Assembly (NCBI GenBank): GCA_033763315.1
Contig: JANRKS010000009.1
Coordinates: 320,001 to 384,000 of the forward strand
DNA: 64,000 nt
From: Deltaproteobacteria bacterium
GTDB taxonomy: Bacteria > Myxococcota_A > Polyangia > Fen-1088
Direction: 5' to 3'
A program made the translations under genes and the position numbers. Of this stretch, positions 40,736-51,581 are shown piece after piece; positions within the stretch are counted from its first letter, which is position 1; each line of letters begins with the position of its first letter. The notes under the pieces are model-generated. The model was not told the origin of the DNA, searched no databases, and worked only from the letters and a program-made list of their open reading frames with translations.

Positions 40736-42430
40736 ATGCTGAGACTTTGCACGCGCGGTTGCCTGTATTTGGGTGCGCTGGTCCTGGCCCTGTGGTCGCC
40801 CCCGGCCTCAGCCTGTGGCGGGTTCTTCTGCTCACAGCTGCCGGTGGACCAAACAGCCGAACGAATCATTTTTGCCCTAACGCCCACCAAAACCACGGCG
40901 TACATCCAAATCAACTATCAAGGCGACGCAGATAAGTTTTCGTGGGTGGTGCCCGTGCAGGCTGTGCCCACCATCAAGCTCGGCAGCCAGAGCACCTTCG
41001 CCGCTTTGGAACCGTTGACGGCACCACAGTTCAACCTCGATTACGAGGGGCTCAATCCCAACGACACGTGTGGCCCTAGCTTCTTGGTTGATGAGGGCGC
41101 ATCGCCACCCAGCAGCAGCAAGGATGTGCAAGTGATCGATGCCAAACAGGTGGGGCCATTCGACACGGTGGTGCTCAAATCGAGGAGCGCGGCCGAATTG
41201 GTGACGTGGCTTTCAACCAACGGCTACACGCAACCCCCAACATCAACGCCACTCATTGATCATTACGTCAACAAGGGAATGTACTTTGTGGCCGTCAAGT
41301 TGAACAAGTCAGCGTCGGTTGGTGAGATCGCGCCGTTGGCATTGGAGATGGACACGCAAGAGGCATGCGTGCCGTTGATTCTCACGCAGATTGCCGCGGT
41401 CCCCAACATGCCGGTCATCATTTACGTGTTGGGCAGCGCGCGCGCGTTCCCGCGCAACTGGTTTCACGTCGAGATGAACCATGCGCAAGTCAATTGGCTG
41501 CAAGGTGGCAGCAATTACGTGAAAATGGCGACGGCCGCCATCAACGAAGCCGCAGGCCATGGGTTTATCACGGAATTCGCAGGGGCAGCTTCCATCGCCA
41601 AAGATCGCATTCTTCAACCGGGCACGCTGAGCACCGTGGGATTGGCCGGCGCGACGTCGCCCACTGCGGTGTTGCAGCAACTTGTTCAGGCGGGCTTTCC
41701 TCGTGACGCCAGCATGCTCGCCATCCTGCGTGAGTTCATTCCGCTGCCCGCCAGCCTTGCCGAGCAGGGCATTGATGACCGGACGTTCTACAACAACATC
41801 GCGCAGTACGAGCCGCAGCTCAATGGGTTCCAGGTGGATAGCGCCGGACTCATCAAAGCGTTGCAGGAGCGCGTTGTTACGCCATTGGTGGAGGCGCAAG
41901 CGATGTTTGACAATGCCACTTACCTGACGCGATTGATGGCCACTGTATCGCCTGACGAGATGAACCGTGATCCCTTGTTCTTGTTGAATCCTGATCTGCC
42001 GCCCGTCTCAAACCTGCACACGGCGAAGGTTGGCGGCATGTGCGGCAACGACGGCGTTGTGAAAAACCTGACGCTTACGCTTGAGGATGGCCAGGTGCTC
42101 TCATTGGGAGACACACGTTTGTTCGACGGCACCGTCACGTGGAAGTACGAGGAGCAACTGCCGCGCGCCAAACGCATTCAATTGGTGGGGGCCACGGGAC
42201 AAGCCGTGACCATCAAGCGAACCGAGGTCAAACGCATCGATCAAGAGTTGAACAAGGAGCTACCCGAAGTCGTACGGAGCCGTGCGATCGCCGATGGCGC
42301 CATCGAGCCTGCCGTTCCTGTGGCCAGTGACGACAGCGGCTGCAATTTTAGTGGCCGTGCGGGCACGCCTTCACTTCTGGCTTTGCTGGCGTTGGCCGCG
42401 CTTGTGGCCCGGCGCGCGCGTCGGACCTAG
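40736..42430 (+). CDS. DUF2330 family protein with MYXO-CTERM-type sorting signal
   Basis: Signal peptide then [33 protein letters not shown]; C-terminal SGC + hydrophobic run + RRARR. Confidence 0.85.
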   Translation: MLRLCTRGCLYLGALVLALWSPPASACGGFFCSQLPVDQTAERIIFALTPTKTTAYIQINYQGDADKFSWVVPVQAVPTIKLGSQSTFAALEPLTAPQFNLDYEGLNPNDTCGPSFLVDEGASPPSSSKDVQVIDAKQVGPFDTVVLKSRSAAELVTWLSTNGYTQPPTSTPLIDHYVNKGMYFVAVKLNKSASVGEIAPLALEMDTQEACVPLILTQIAAVPNMPVIIYVLGSARAFPRNWFHVEMNHAQVNWLQGGSNYVKMATAAINEAAGHGFITEFAGAASIAKDRILQPGTLSTVGLAGATSPTAVLQQLVQAGFPRDASMLAILREFIPLPASLAEQGIDDRTFYNNIAQYEPQLNGFQVDSAGLIKALQERVVTPLVEAQAMFDNATYLTRLMATVSPDEMNRDPLFLLNPDLPPVSNLHTAKVGGMCGNDGVVKNLTLTLEDGQVLSLGDTRLFDGTVTWKYEEQLPRAKRIQLVGATGQAVTIKRTEVKRIDQELNKELPEVVRSRAIADGAIEPAVPVASDDSGCNFSGRAGTPSLLALLALAALVARRARRT

Positions 42431-43353
42431 CGCTTTTGATCCGCGTCTAACGCCTGCAAAACGGCGCTGTAGCCGCCGCTGACGACGCGATCAAACTCTG
42501 CGTTGTCAGCAGACATGGCGTTGTCAGCCACGGGATCCACACTTACGGTTACGCTCAACAGTGGGCACTTCATGGCCTGGCTGTGCAACACGGCGTGCCC
42601 ACTGACGTTGACGGCCAGCAGCCGCGCGCGCGGGTACAAGCGGCAAGCGTCTTCCACCGGCACGGCGGCAACCCGGTCGGAACCAGGATCCACGTAACCT
42701 GCTTTTACGGGATCGAAATCCTTAAAGATGAACGGGTTCGCAATGCTGCGTGAAATGGCATCGGCCAAGTCGCCCGTGCGCGCGGTGACAAGCTGCAATC
42801 CGTTGCCTTGCCGTTGTTGATAAAACGTGGCGAACCCGATGGGCAGTTGCTCGATCTGGCGCCCGTCGTAGAACTTCGTGAGCACACCGCTGAAGCGTTG
42901 GATGGCCACGGTGGGTGTGGCGCGCATGCCAGCGGCGGCACCGGCACCTGCGCCCAACGCCAAGGGAACGGCGGCGGCGCCTCCGGTGATCACGGCGGCA
43001 ATGGCGGCGCCAACGAACCCGCCGATCATCGCGTTGCGGCCCACGTCCCATTCCGTTTGCTGGCGATAAAGCGCGATCAGCTGTTGATACCTATGCCTTA
43101 TGGGCGCCGTGGGAGCCGAAGCGTAGAGGCCGCCGACGAGCGCGCCCATGCTGGTGCCAGCGATGCAATCAATGGGGACGTGTCGCGCCTGCATCGCTTC
43201 GATCGCGCCTATGTGAGCCAACCCCGCCGGGCCGCCCGCCGAAAGCACGAGGCACGTGGGGCGCTTGTGCTCTTGTGTCCATGAATGCGCGCATCCCGTC
43301 AGCGTGACAGCGAGCAAAAGCACAAGCGACTGGCGCCGTGGTGACGTGCTCAT
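42427..43353 (-). CDS. Patatin-like phospholipase lipoprotein
   Basis: Lipobox LTGC; [18 protein letters not shown] nucleophile, YVDPG; ATGA overlap with the upstream gene sets the start at 43353. Confidence 0.8.
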   Translation of the reverse strand: MSTSPRRQSLVLLLAVTLTGCAHSWTQEHKRPTCLVLSAGGPAGLAHIGAIEAMQARHVPIDCIAGTSMGALVGGLYASAPTAPIRHRYQQLIALYRQQTEWDVGRNAMIGGFVGAAIAAVITGGAAAVPLALGAGAGAAAGMRATPTVAIQRFSGVLTKFYDGRQIEQLPIGFATFYQQRQGNGLQLVTARTGDLADAISRSIANPFIFKDFDPVKAGYVDPGSDRVAAVPVEDACRLYPRARLLAVNVSGHAVLHSQAMKCPLLSVTVSVDPVADNAMSADNAEFDRVVSGGYSAVLQALDADQKR

Positions 43354-44231
43354 GGAGCGGCCACCGGCATGCCCAGCGTTTGCCGCACGTGTTTGAACTC
43401 GGGCGTCCAAGCCAACGCGCGCGTGCGCACCGTAAGCGTCGGTGCCGTATGGCGCGTTGACGCCAACACGGTGGCGTGGGTTCCGCACGCAAACAAAGAG
43501 ATCAGCGCCGCCTTGCCTTCGCGCGGAATGACATCTAGTTGCTGCAGCACCTGCAGGCCCAGCTGTGACGTGGCTGACGCCACGCGGGGCGCTTGAGCTG
43601 TGGCCGCGACCATCACGAACAACCCGCCGGGGGCGAGGCAAGGTGCCGCGGCCTGAACATAATCTTCCACGCCTCCTCGGTGTTCAAAACGGCAGGGCGC
43701 GCACTGTGGTTTGGTGCTTTGCACTCCAGCGCGGGCATCGAAATAGGGTGGGGTGCCTGTGATTAAGTCGAATGTGCCAAGCGTTGCACGCGTGCGAAAG
43801 TCCGCTTCGTGCAGCCGCACCCGATCGGTGAGGCCGTTGTACGCCAACGATCGGCGAAGCAGGTCGGCGCTTAACGATTGTGCTTCGATGCCCTCGCTCT
43901 GCAGTTCGGGGAAGCGCCACGCCAGCATCATTAAAACCGAGCCGATGCCGCAACCGAGATCAAGGTGGCGCGTGGGCGGGGCGGGCAGCAGCGTGGCCGC
44001 GAACCACGCTGTGATCAGATCGTCCAACGACCAACGGTGGCCATCTTGACGCTGAAATATGCGGAAATCGCCTGCCAAATAACAAAGATCTTCGCCGGTG
44101 GCGGGCGCCAGATCCGCTCGACCTTGCGGGCCCCGTGGTTGCGGCCCACCCGGTGCCCACCCCAAAGGCCGTCGCGCGGGGCGCACAATGCCCGGCGCTT
44201 GACCTTTATGGTTCTGTGGTGAGGTGAGCAT
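43350..44231 (-). CDS. TrmN6/YfiC-like SAM methyltransferase
   Basis: [32 protein letters not shown]; start uncertain. Confidence 0.8.
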   Translation of the reverse strand: MLTSPQNHKGQAPGIVRPARRPLGWAPGGPQPRGPQGRADLAPATGEDLCYLAGDFRIFQRQDGHRWSLDDLITAWFAATLLPAPPTRHLDLGCGIGSVLMMLAWRFPELQSEGIEAQSLSADLLRRSLAYNGLTDRVRLHEADFRTRATLGTFDLITGTPPYFDARAGVQSTKPQCAPCRFEHRGGVEDYVQAAAPCLAPGGLFVMVAATAQAPRVASATSQLGLQVLQQLDVIPREGKAALISLFACGTHATVLASTRHTAPTLTVRTRALAWTPEFKHVRQTLGMPVAAP

Positions 44232-44319
44232 CGCTGGCCCGAGTATGGCGTCTGGGCTGGCGTGAGGCCACTGTGCACGCAACTTGAGGTGCGGCTGGGC
44301 TTGGCCTAGTGTGTTGTGA

Positions 44320-45207
44320 ATGACGATGACGACGCGCGCGCGGGAGCCCCTGGTGGCTGTGATTGGCGGCAGCGGCTTTTACGATTTGCCGGGCTGCACG
44401 GACCTCGAAGAAGTGGCGGTGACGACGCCATTTGGGGCGCCGTCGGACAGCGTGCGGCTGGGGCGCATGGCGGGGCGCCGCGTGGCGTTCTTGGCGCGCC
44501 ACGGCCGCGATCACACGCTTTTGCCGCATGAAGTGAACGCGCAGGCCAACATCTATGCCCTCAAAGATTTGGGTGCGACCCACATAGTTTCCGTATCGGC
44601 CGTGGGATCACTGCGCGAGAACATTGCGCCCGGTGATGTGGTGTTGCCGCACCAGTTTATCGATCGAACGGTGCAAAGGCCGCGCACCTTCTTCGGCCAA
44701 GGCGTGGTGGCGCACATCGCGTTTGCGGATCCGATCTGTTTACGGTTGTCGGCGCACATGGAGACAGCGGCGCGAGCCATTCCGGGGCAAGTGCACACAG
44801 GCGGCACGTACGTGTGCATTGAGGGGCCACAATTCTCCACGCGCGCCGAGTCTGAGCTGTGGCGGCAGTGGGGCGCCACCGTGGTGGGCATGACGAATTT
44901 GCCTGAGGCGCGTTTGGCCCGTGAGGCTGAGATCTGTTACGCTACCTTGGCTTTGCCCAGCGACTACGATTGTTGGCGCACGCACAACGAACAAGTCACG
45001 GCGTCTGAAGCCTTCGACACGCTAAAACGAACGGTGGACCGGGCGAAGGCCATTGTGGCGCGGGTGCTCTCAAACGTGGACGCGGCTGCATCTTGTGCCT
45101 GTCAGACCGCGCTGGACGCGGCACTGGTAACACCTGTGGCGGCGATGGGGGCGGCGCAAAAGCAGCGCCTGGCGGCGATCTTGGCCCGTCGGCTGGTCCA
45201 AGCGTAA
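44320..45207 (+). CDS. mtnP: S-methyl-5'-thioadenosine phosphorylase
   Basis: IGGSG, TPFGAPS, RHG, EGPQFSTRAES, VGMT, SDYDCW. Confidence 0.94.
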   Translation: MTMTTRAREPLVAVIGGSGFYDLPGCTDLEEVAVTTPFGAPSDSVRLGRMAGRRVAFLARHGRDHTLLPHEVNAQANIYALKDLGATHIVSVSAVGSLRENIAPGDVVLPHQFIDRTVQRPRTFFGQGVVAHIAFADPICLRLSAHMETAARAIPGQVHTGGTYVCIEGPQFSTRAESELWRQWGATVVGMTNLPEARLAREAEICYATLALPSDYDCWRTHNEQVTASEAFDTLKRTVDRAKAIVARVLSNVDAAASCACQTALDAALVTPVAAMGAAQKQRLAAILARRLVQA

Positions 45208-45306
45208 GGGCGTGGTGGCGCGCGCGGCCGCTTGGTACATTCGCCTGAGGTTGGGCAGCGGCGCGCGCCGCCAAACCTTTTCTTGAACCCGTCAAAGGAG
45301 CGGTCC

Positions 45307-45789
45307 ATGCAAATCGAGAGTCGCAAAGTCGTCACCTTAGAGTACACCCTCACCGACGAGGGGGGTGACGTGCTGGACACGTCCAAAGGCGGTGAGCCAT
45401 TGGTCTACCTGCACGGCTCGGGCAACATCATTCCGGGCCTCGAAAGCGCCCTGGCGGGCAAGGGTGAAGGCGAATCGTTGAAGGTCACTGTGTCGCCCGA
45501 GGACGCTTATGGCGATCGCGATGAGGATCTGATGCAGACCGTGCCGAAGTCGCACTTTGGTGATGAAGAGCTGGAAGTGGGCATGCAGTTCCAAGCCCGT
45601 GGGCCAGAAGGTCCCGTGTTGTTGACGATCGTTCGTGTGCTTGCAGACACCGTCACCTTGGATGCGAATCACCCGCTCGCCGGGAAAACGCTATCGTTCG
45701 ACGTCACCGTTCTTTCGGTGCGCGACGCCACGCTTGAGGAGCTGACGCACGGCCACGTTCACGGTCCGGGCGGTCACCACCATCACTAG
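45307..45789 (+). CDS. slyD: FKBP-type peptidyl-prolyl isomerase SlyD
   Basis: AAGGAG RBS; YLHG..IIPGLE, DANHPLAG, His-rich tail HGHVHGPGGHHHH. Confidence 0.95.
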   Translation: MQIESRKVVTLEYTLTDEGGDVLDTSKGGEPLVYLHGSGNIIPGLESALAGKGEGESLKVTVSPEDAYGDRDEDLMQTVPKSHFGDEELEVGMQFQARGPEGPVLLTIVRVLADTVTLDANHPLAGKTLSFDVTVLSVRDATLEELTHGHVHGPGGHHHH

Positions 45790-45894
45790 CGCGTGTCGCG
45801 GGCGGCGACAAACGCGCGGCCACCACGCGAAACGACCTCGAAAGCAGCGATAAATGCGATAGTGGCTGCGGCCGGCCCCGGGCCGGCAACTCAC

Positions 45895-47241
45895 ATGTTT
45901 GACCTCGCCTTAATTCCCAAAGACGTTCTCGGCGTTTGCCAGCAACTGCACGCCGCCGGACACCAAGCGCATTTGGTGGGCGGCGGCATTCGGGATCTTT
46001 TGTTGGGGCGGGAGCCCGCCGATTTTGACGTGGCCACCGATGCGTTGCCCGATGTGGTGATGCAATTGTTCGGCGCGCGGTATGCGTTGCCCACCGGCCT
46101 GCAGCACGGAACCATCACGGTGCTGGCCGGCACGCCGCCGCGGCACGTGGAGGTCACCACGTTCCGCGGTGAGGGCGAATACCTTGACGGCCGACGCCCT
46201 TCAAGCGTTTCATTTTCCGCGACGCTGCATGAAGATCTGGCGCGGCGTGATTTCACGATGAACGCGATCGCGTTCGATCCGATTGCGGGCGTTTTGACCG
46301 ATCCCTTCCACGGGCAAGACGACCTTGGCCGCAAGTTGGTCAAAGCCGTGGGCGATGCCGTTAAGCGCTTTGAAGAAGATGGCCTGCGGCCCATGCGCGC
46401 GGTGAGGCAAGCCACGGTCCTGGGCTTCGCGATCGAGCCTGCGACGCTGGCGGCGATTCCGCAAACGTTAGATTCTTTTCGCAAGGTCTCCGCCGAGCGC
46501 ATTCGCGACGAGCTTTTTAAAATGTTTAAGGCGCCGCAGCCATCGGTGGGACTGCGCTTGATGTTGCAAAGCGGGTTGCTCGCGCATGTGTTTCCAGAAC
46601 TTGTGGCGTGCGTTGGCTGCAAGCAAGAGCCGTCGCACAGCTTGGATGTGTTCGATCACGTCTTGGCCACGCTCGACGCTTTGCCGGCGCGCTTTGATCT
46701 GCGTTTGGCGGGCTTGCTGCACGATGTGGGCAAGCCCGTGGTGGCGACCCACGCAAATGGCGAATGGACCTTCGCCGGTCATGCGGCGGCGGGAGCCGCT
46801 TTGGTGGCCACGATCGCGGAACGCCTGCGCCTTTCAGTCGCGGAGAAGAGGTTGGTGTGCGACTTGGTGGCGCTGCATGAATTTGTTTATCAACCCGAGT
46901 TTTCTGACGCCGAGGTGCGCCGCTTGCTGCGCTCTTTTACCGCCGAACGCATCGCAGATGTGGTTGCGTTGCGGGTGGCAAACCACGCCTCACATGATGC
47001 CACTTCCAAAGCGCAGGCGATCACATTCGCAGCGCGGGTCGCCGCGGTGATGGCACAACGCCCGCCGCTGGCGACGAAGGAGCTGGCCGTCGACGGTAAA
47101 ACACTGATGCAAGAGCTGAACATCGCCCCCGGAAAACAGGTGGGAGTGATGTTAAATGCGATGTTGGACTACGCGCTCGAGGATCCGACGCGCAACACAC
47201 GTGAAGCGCTTTTGGCGTGGGCGCGCGCGCGTCAGGTGTAG
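45895..47241 (+). CDS. cca: tRNA nucleotidyltransferase (CCA family) with HD domain
   Basis: VGGGIRD, DFDVAT, RRDFTMNA, EDGLR, SAERIRDE, LLHDVGK; CCA- versus CC/A-adding specificity not resolved. Confidence 0.88.
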   Translation: MFDLALIPKDVLGVCQQLHAAGHQAHLVGGGIRDLLLGREPADFDVATDALPDVVMQLFGARYALPTGLQHGTITVLAGTPPRHVEVTTFRGEGEYLDGRRPSSVSFSATLHEDLARRDFTMNAIAFDPIAGVLTDPFHGQDDLGRKLVKAVGDAVKRFEEDGLRPMRAVRQATVLGFAIEPATLAAIPQTLDSFRKVSAERIRDELFKMFKAPQPSVGLRLMLQSGLLAHVFPELVACVGCKQEPSHSLDVFDHVLATLDALPARFDLRLAGLLHDVGKPVVATHANGEWTFAGHAAAGAALVATIAERLRLSVAEKRLVCDLVALHEFVYQPEFSDAEVRRLLRSFTAERIADVVALRVANHASHDATSKAQAITFAARVAAVMAQRPPLATKELAVDGKTLMQELNIAPGKQVGVMLNAMLDYALEDPTRNTREALLAWARARQV

Positions 47242-47243
47242 CG

Positions 47244-49805
47244 TCACTTTTGGATCACAGCGTCCTCGTTGCTGAACGGATGCATCGAATGTGCTTGCCG
47301 CAAAAATGCGTACAAATCGCGGACGCCTTGGACTGTGAGTGTGTCCAGCAAGCCGTCGGGCATCAACGACGCATCGGCTTTCGTTTCTGACACGAGATCC
47401 GCTTTGGCGATCTTCACAAGTTGACCGGCGGCGTTCGCCAACGTGATTGTGCCGTCGGCGGCGACGTTTTTAACCATGCCCACGTATGACGAGCCGTCGC
47501 GCGTTTCAAACTGCCGCGCGCTCCACACAACATCGAGTGACGGGTCTAAGAGCGATTCCAATAGCCGTGCGGGGCGCTCGTCGCCCATGAACGTCAGTGG
47601 GGGCCCGACGTGGCCCCCCAAAAGTGCCACACGATGGCAGCGAGCGCATCCCACGCCAGGGTGAACAAAGGCTCGTCGCCCCGCTTCGGCATCACCGGGC
47701 TTGGCTTGCAAAGCGCGTTGCCATTGTGCTTGGTCCTGCGGCCGTACCTCGGGCGTGACGTCTTCTGTTTGCAAAGCGAAGCGCACTTCTTCACGCAATC
47801 CCGCGTCAGCGCGCGGGGTGGCCAGCGTTTTCAGCGCGGACTCCAAAGCGGCGACCACAAACTTGTCCCCCAAAGCGGCGCGGAGGGCGCGCGCCGTCTC
47901 CACGCGCACGGGACGCGCGGGATCCGCAAGCAGAGGGGCCAAACCCTGCGCGTGGCCGTGCATGGCCAAAACGCCGATCGCATCCGCCCGCACTGTGGTC
48001 GCAAAACGTGCGTCCTTGGCAACCGCTTCTAGGCGCGGCCACATCGTGGCAAGAGGCGTTTGCGCCAACCGCCAAAGCGCCTCCTGCTGAGCGCGAACTT
48101 GAACTGGATTCTGTGCGGGTTGGGCAAGCCGTTGCATCAAGTCATCGGTCGCTGCAACCGCAAGATCAGGAGCGGGCGCATCTTGTAGTAGTGCTGTGGC
48201 TGCTTGATACACATGCCGCAGCCGCAACGACGTGGGCTTGCGACGGGCCGCCCCCGCCAATGCCTCCGCGTCTTGGGCGCTCAACCATCCGGCCTCGGTG
48301 CCGTAGATGATGGCGGCCATGCGCACATCGAGTGCCGCATCGTTAAGCGCACGCAAGATGATTTCTTTTGTCTCAGGTGCACGTCGATCCCACACGTTTT
48401 GTGCCTGCTTGAACGCCAACAAAGCTGCAAGTCGCTGCTTTGCTGACCTGGACGTAAGCCATTGCCTGGCCGTGCGCAGCTCAGGTTCATTGGCAAGCGC
48501 GGTGACAGCCGCGCTGAACGAGAAGGGATCCGCGTCAGTGGCTTTTGTGGCCAAGGCAATTTGCGTTGCACCGAGCGGTCCGGTTGAACCACTGAGCGTC
48601 AATAGCCGCGCGCGTGCGGGTGAAATCGCGGGCGCTGGCAAAGGTGCCGCCGGCTTGCGCGGCGAGAGGCGCCAAATGCGGCCAAGACCGTGAACGCTAT
48701 AGTCACGTTTTACCCAATCAGTAAAGAACACGGAGCCATCGGCCGCCGCCGCCAACGCCACCGGTCGGAAGGAACGGCCGCCCTGCACCAGGATCTGCAA
48801 ATCGGATTTGACGCTCGCGCCACTGGCACGCACCGTGTTCACTTCGATGCGCCGATCGGCCCACGAGGTCACCAATACCTTATTCGCATAACGTTGCGGC
48901 CACCGCAGGTGGACGGTTGAAAGCACGCTGCTGGCGGCTTCGCCGGCCATCCCCGCCATCGGCAGCGTGCCCGGCAACTCGCCGTTCCAAGCGACGAAGG
49001 CATGGTCCGCCGTGGCGCCGTAACGGAAGCGAAAACCGAAATCGCCACCGCGCACCAGATCCAGTAAGCGATTTGGCGGTCGCGTCTCTGGATCGTCGTC
49101 GATGGCCAGCAACATGCCATCGCCGTGAAAAGTAAAGCCGAAGGGATTCCAAAAGCCGGTGGCATAACGCTCAAGCTGTGTGCCATCGGGTTTGCAGCGG
49201 AACACGCCGCCACCTTCACCCTCGCCACCGCGCAACGTTCTGCCATCGCGCCCCTGCAGGGAATATGTGTTCCCTTGGTTGTCACCCACGCCCACGTAGA
49301 GCCAACCATCGGGCCCGAAAATAAGGTTGCCCAGCCCGTTGTGCGGGTAGGTGGTGGCGCTGGTAAGCGTGAGCAGCGTCTGCGATGAATCGGCTTTGCC
49401 GTCGTTGTCTTTGTCTGTCCACGCGGTGACTTTGTTGCGCTCCACCACCACAACGGCCCCGTCTTGCCGGACGGCAAGGTTCATCGCGAATGTGAAGCTG
49501 TCGGCGAACACTGTGCGCGTCTCGAAGGTCCCGTCGTGATCTTTGTCTTGCAAACGCACCACCTGATCGTGCAGCGGCCCTTTGTAAGCGGCAGGGCGAA
49601 AGTGGGTGTGCGACTGCACCACCAAGAGCGCCCCTTGCGCGTCCACGGCCAAACCAATGGGCGTCACAACCGCGGGCTCAGAAGCCACCAATTGCAACGC
49701 AAGATCGGGATCCGAAACGTGAGGAACCTCAATGGTGCCGGCCATGGCCGCAAGCGGCGACAACAACAACGCCATCCAACCGGCGTTCCGAAGGATAAAC
49801 AGCAT
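47244..49805 (-). CDS. PVC-type beta-propeller dehydrogenase-like / HEAT-repeat / c-type heme protein
   Basis: Signal peptide; propeller motifs DKDHDG, GPDGWLY, GFWNP, FRPV, GRIWR; HEAT-like repeats; CARCH, GPPL, SLMPDGL; start 49805 or 49823. Confidence 0.82.
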   Translation of the reverse strand: MLFILRNAGWMALLLSPLAAMAGTIEVPHVSDPDLALQLVASEPAVVTPIGLAVDAQGALLVVQSHTHFRPAAYKGPLHDQVVRLQDKDHDGTFETRTVFADSFTFAMNLAVRQDGAVVVVERNKVTAWTDKDNDGKADSSQTLLTLTSATTYPHNGLGNLIFGPDGWLYVGVGDNQGNTYSLQGRDGRTLRGGEGEGGGVFRCKPDGTQLERYATGFWNPFGFTFHGDGMLLAIDDDPETRPPNRLLDLVRGGDFGFRFRYGATADHAFVAWNGELPGTLPMAGMAGEAASSVLSTVHLRWPQRYANKVLVTSWADRRIEVNTVRASGASVKSDLQILVQGGRSFRPVALAAAADGSVFFTDWVKRDYSVHGLGRIWRLSPRKPAAPLPAPAISPARARLLTLSGSTGPLGATQIALATKATDADPFSFSAAVTALANEPELRTARQWLTSRSAKQRLAALLAFKQAQNVWDRRAPETKEIILRALNDAALDVRMAAIIYGTEAGWLSAQDAEALAGAARRKPTSLRLRHVYQAATALLQDAPAPDLAVAATDDLMQRLAQPAQNPVQVRAQQEALWRLAQTPLATMWPRLEAVAKDARFATTVRADAIGVLAMHGHAQGLAPLLADPARPVRVETARALRAALGDKFVVAALESALKTLATPRADAGLREEVRFALQTEDVTPEVRPQDQAQWQRALQAKPGDAEAGRRAFVHPGVGCARCHRVALLGGHVGPPLTFMGDERPARLLESLLDPSLDVVWSARQFETRDGSSYVGMVKNVAADGTITLANAAGQLVKIAKADLVSETKADASLMPDGLLDTLTVQGVRDLYAFLRQAHSMHPFSNEDAVIQK

Positions 49806-49885
49806 CGGCCTACTAGACGGCACGCGCTTCTCGTCGGCAACCCCACTTTGTTAAGACACCACGCGGCGTGAATCGCAGAGGACCT

Positions 49886-50524
49886 TCAGTGTGATCGATC
49901 TAACAACGATTCCAAAAGCGCTTCGACGCTGGTCACCGTCTTTGTGCGCCGCAACGCTATTGGGGCGCTGATCGATTCGGAAGATCTGCGTATGGCTTCT
50001 GTGGCGATGCCGAGTTCTGGCAGGGTGAACGTGCGAACCTGTGGGGCCGCTTCCTGCATCGGCAAATCCGCTGATGCCGGCACACACGCCACCACGCAGG
50101 GCCACGGCAGCGCCACCGTGGCGATCTGCGAGGCCCCGTGAACGGCCACGTGCATGTGTTTCCCCCGCACATGCGCTGCGTGGGCTTGCGCGACGAACGG
50201 CACGTTCCATTGCACAGCCAAGGCGGCGCCGAGAAGGCCCGTGCCAGCGGCGTTTGAGAGCACGCCGCAAAAAATAGCGTCGCACCCCATGCGTTGCACA
50301 GCTGTGAGCAGGACGTGAGCAAGCGATTGGCTGTGCGGTCGGGCAAGCTCAGGCCCTGTGATCGCCACGACCGAGGCCACGCCGCGTGGCACAGCGTTGG
50401 GCGCGAACGTGTCGTTGCCTGCATGCACCCAGCACACCTCTGCGTTGTCGAGGCCTAGCGCCAACGCGGTGGCGCCCAACGCGGCTGTGCCGGGGTTGGC
50501 CTCCACGCACACAGCAATCTTCAT
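49886..50524 (-). CDS. Divergent electron transfer flavoprotein beta-like protein
   Basis: MKIAVCV, DAIFCG..S..GTG..GAALA..NVP, LPWPCVV; ATGA overlap with the alpha-like gene. Confidence 0.65.
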   Translation of the reverse strand: MKIAVCVEANPGTAALGATALALGLDNAEVCWVHAGNDTFAPNAVPRGVASVVAITGPELARPHSQSLAHVLLTAVQRMGCDAIFCGVLSNAAGTGLLGAALAVQWNVPFVAQAHAAHVRGKHMHVAVHGASQIATVALPWPCVVACVPASADLPMQEAAPQVRTFTLPELGIATEAIRRSSESISAPIALRRTKTVTSVEALLESLLDRSH

Positions 50525-51423
50525 GAGCGTACCCGCGCGCTTTGCCACGCGGCCCATCCCACTTGCGCGTTGATCCGCCAACGAGCGGTGAGCCCCCGCG
50601 TTCCCCGCGCCAAGGCCTGGTCTCCCACCCATCCAAAGGCGGAACCCGGAGACATCATCAACGGAACGGGCCACCAAGCCTTTATGTCGTTGGTGAACAG
50701 CACGGCATGCTGCGGACACAACATGCCGTACATCAAGCGCGCCTCATCCGCGCTCACCCTGCCAGGGCCGTCACCCAACAGCAGGCTGGCGTCCTCGCAG
50801 CGATTGGCCAAAAGCCGCGTCGTTTGCACGGTGAGCTCGGCCTGTGCGGGCAGATCCATAACCTCAAGTTCAGCCGGTTGACCGCCAGTGACCGTTTGCG
50901 TGGTGCCATTGCATAGCGTGACAACGACCATGCGTTCGGCTTCGATCACATCAAGTTGCTCAATGTTGTCGCTCGCCACGCGCTGCAAGCGCAGTGTGCC
51001 CACATCACCCACGTCGAGGTTCGCCGGCCCCACCGTCACCTGTGCGCGCGGAAAAAATTCTGCAGGTAAGCGCGACGCCAACACGGGCGCCAATTGAACG
51101 GCGGGGGATCCGGCGGCAAAGATGAAGAGCCGCGGGCGAAGCTGTTTGGCCATCGCCTCCAAGAATGCGCCGTGAGAGACGTAAAGTGGCAGCGCCCCGG
51201 CCGCTGCGTTTGACCACAGCAGCACTCGATCCGCTCCCGCGCCGCCCAACGCGGCGGCAATCTCATCAAGCGTGGAGGTGTCCACGCCCGGGTGTGCGAC
51301 CGCCGCGTGAATGGTGGCGCCGAGGGCGCGCGCGATGAGCCGGGCCTGCGCCAACGCAAAACGCGCGCCTGGGGTGGGTTGCCGATCCTCGGCAAGCTCG
51401 GTGTAAACCACCAGATTGGCCAT
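50521..51423 (-). CDS. Divergent electron transfer flavoprotein alpha-like protein
   Basis: LVVYTE, GADRVL, QLAPVLASRL; C-terminal FAD-domain motifs not recognisable. Confidence 0.6.
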   Translation of the reverse strand: MANLVVYTELAEDRQPTPGARFALAQARLIARALGATIHAAVAHPGVDTSTLDEIAAALGGAGADRVLLWSNAAAGALPLYVSHGAFLEAMAKQLRPRLFIFAAGSPAVQLAPVLASRLPAEFFPRAQVTVGPANLDVGDVGTLRLQRVASDNIEQLDVIEAERMVVVTLCNGTTQTVTGGQPAELEVMDLPAQAELTVQTTRLLANRCEDASLLLGDGPGRVSADEARLMYGMLCPQHAVLFTNDIKAWWPVPLMMSPGSAFGWVGDQALARGTRGLTARWRINAQVGWAAWQSARVRS

Positions 51424-51581
51424 GGGTGAGGTTTGCAGTCTAGGGGGGCGGGTTGTGGTTAAGCAAATGCAAAGAACCTTTTGCCTTTTGCCTGTTCGCG
51501 TTGGCCAGAACAGCGCGGAAACGTATACTGCGCTCGCGCTGTGGTTTGGCCACGCCACCGCCGCGAAACCCGATAGATTCA

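Noticed and set aside
43354-43641. N-terminal extension of the patatin ORF
   Set aside because: Overlaps the methyltransferase gene; lipoprotein signal begins at 43353
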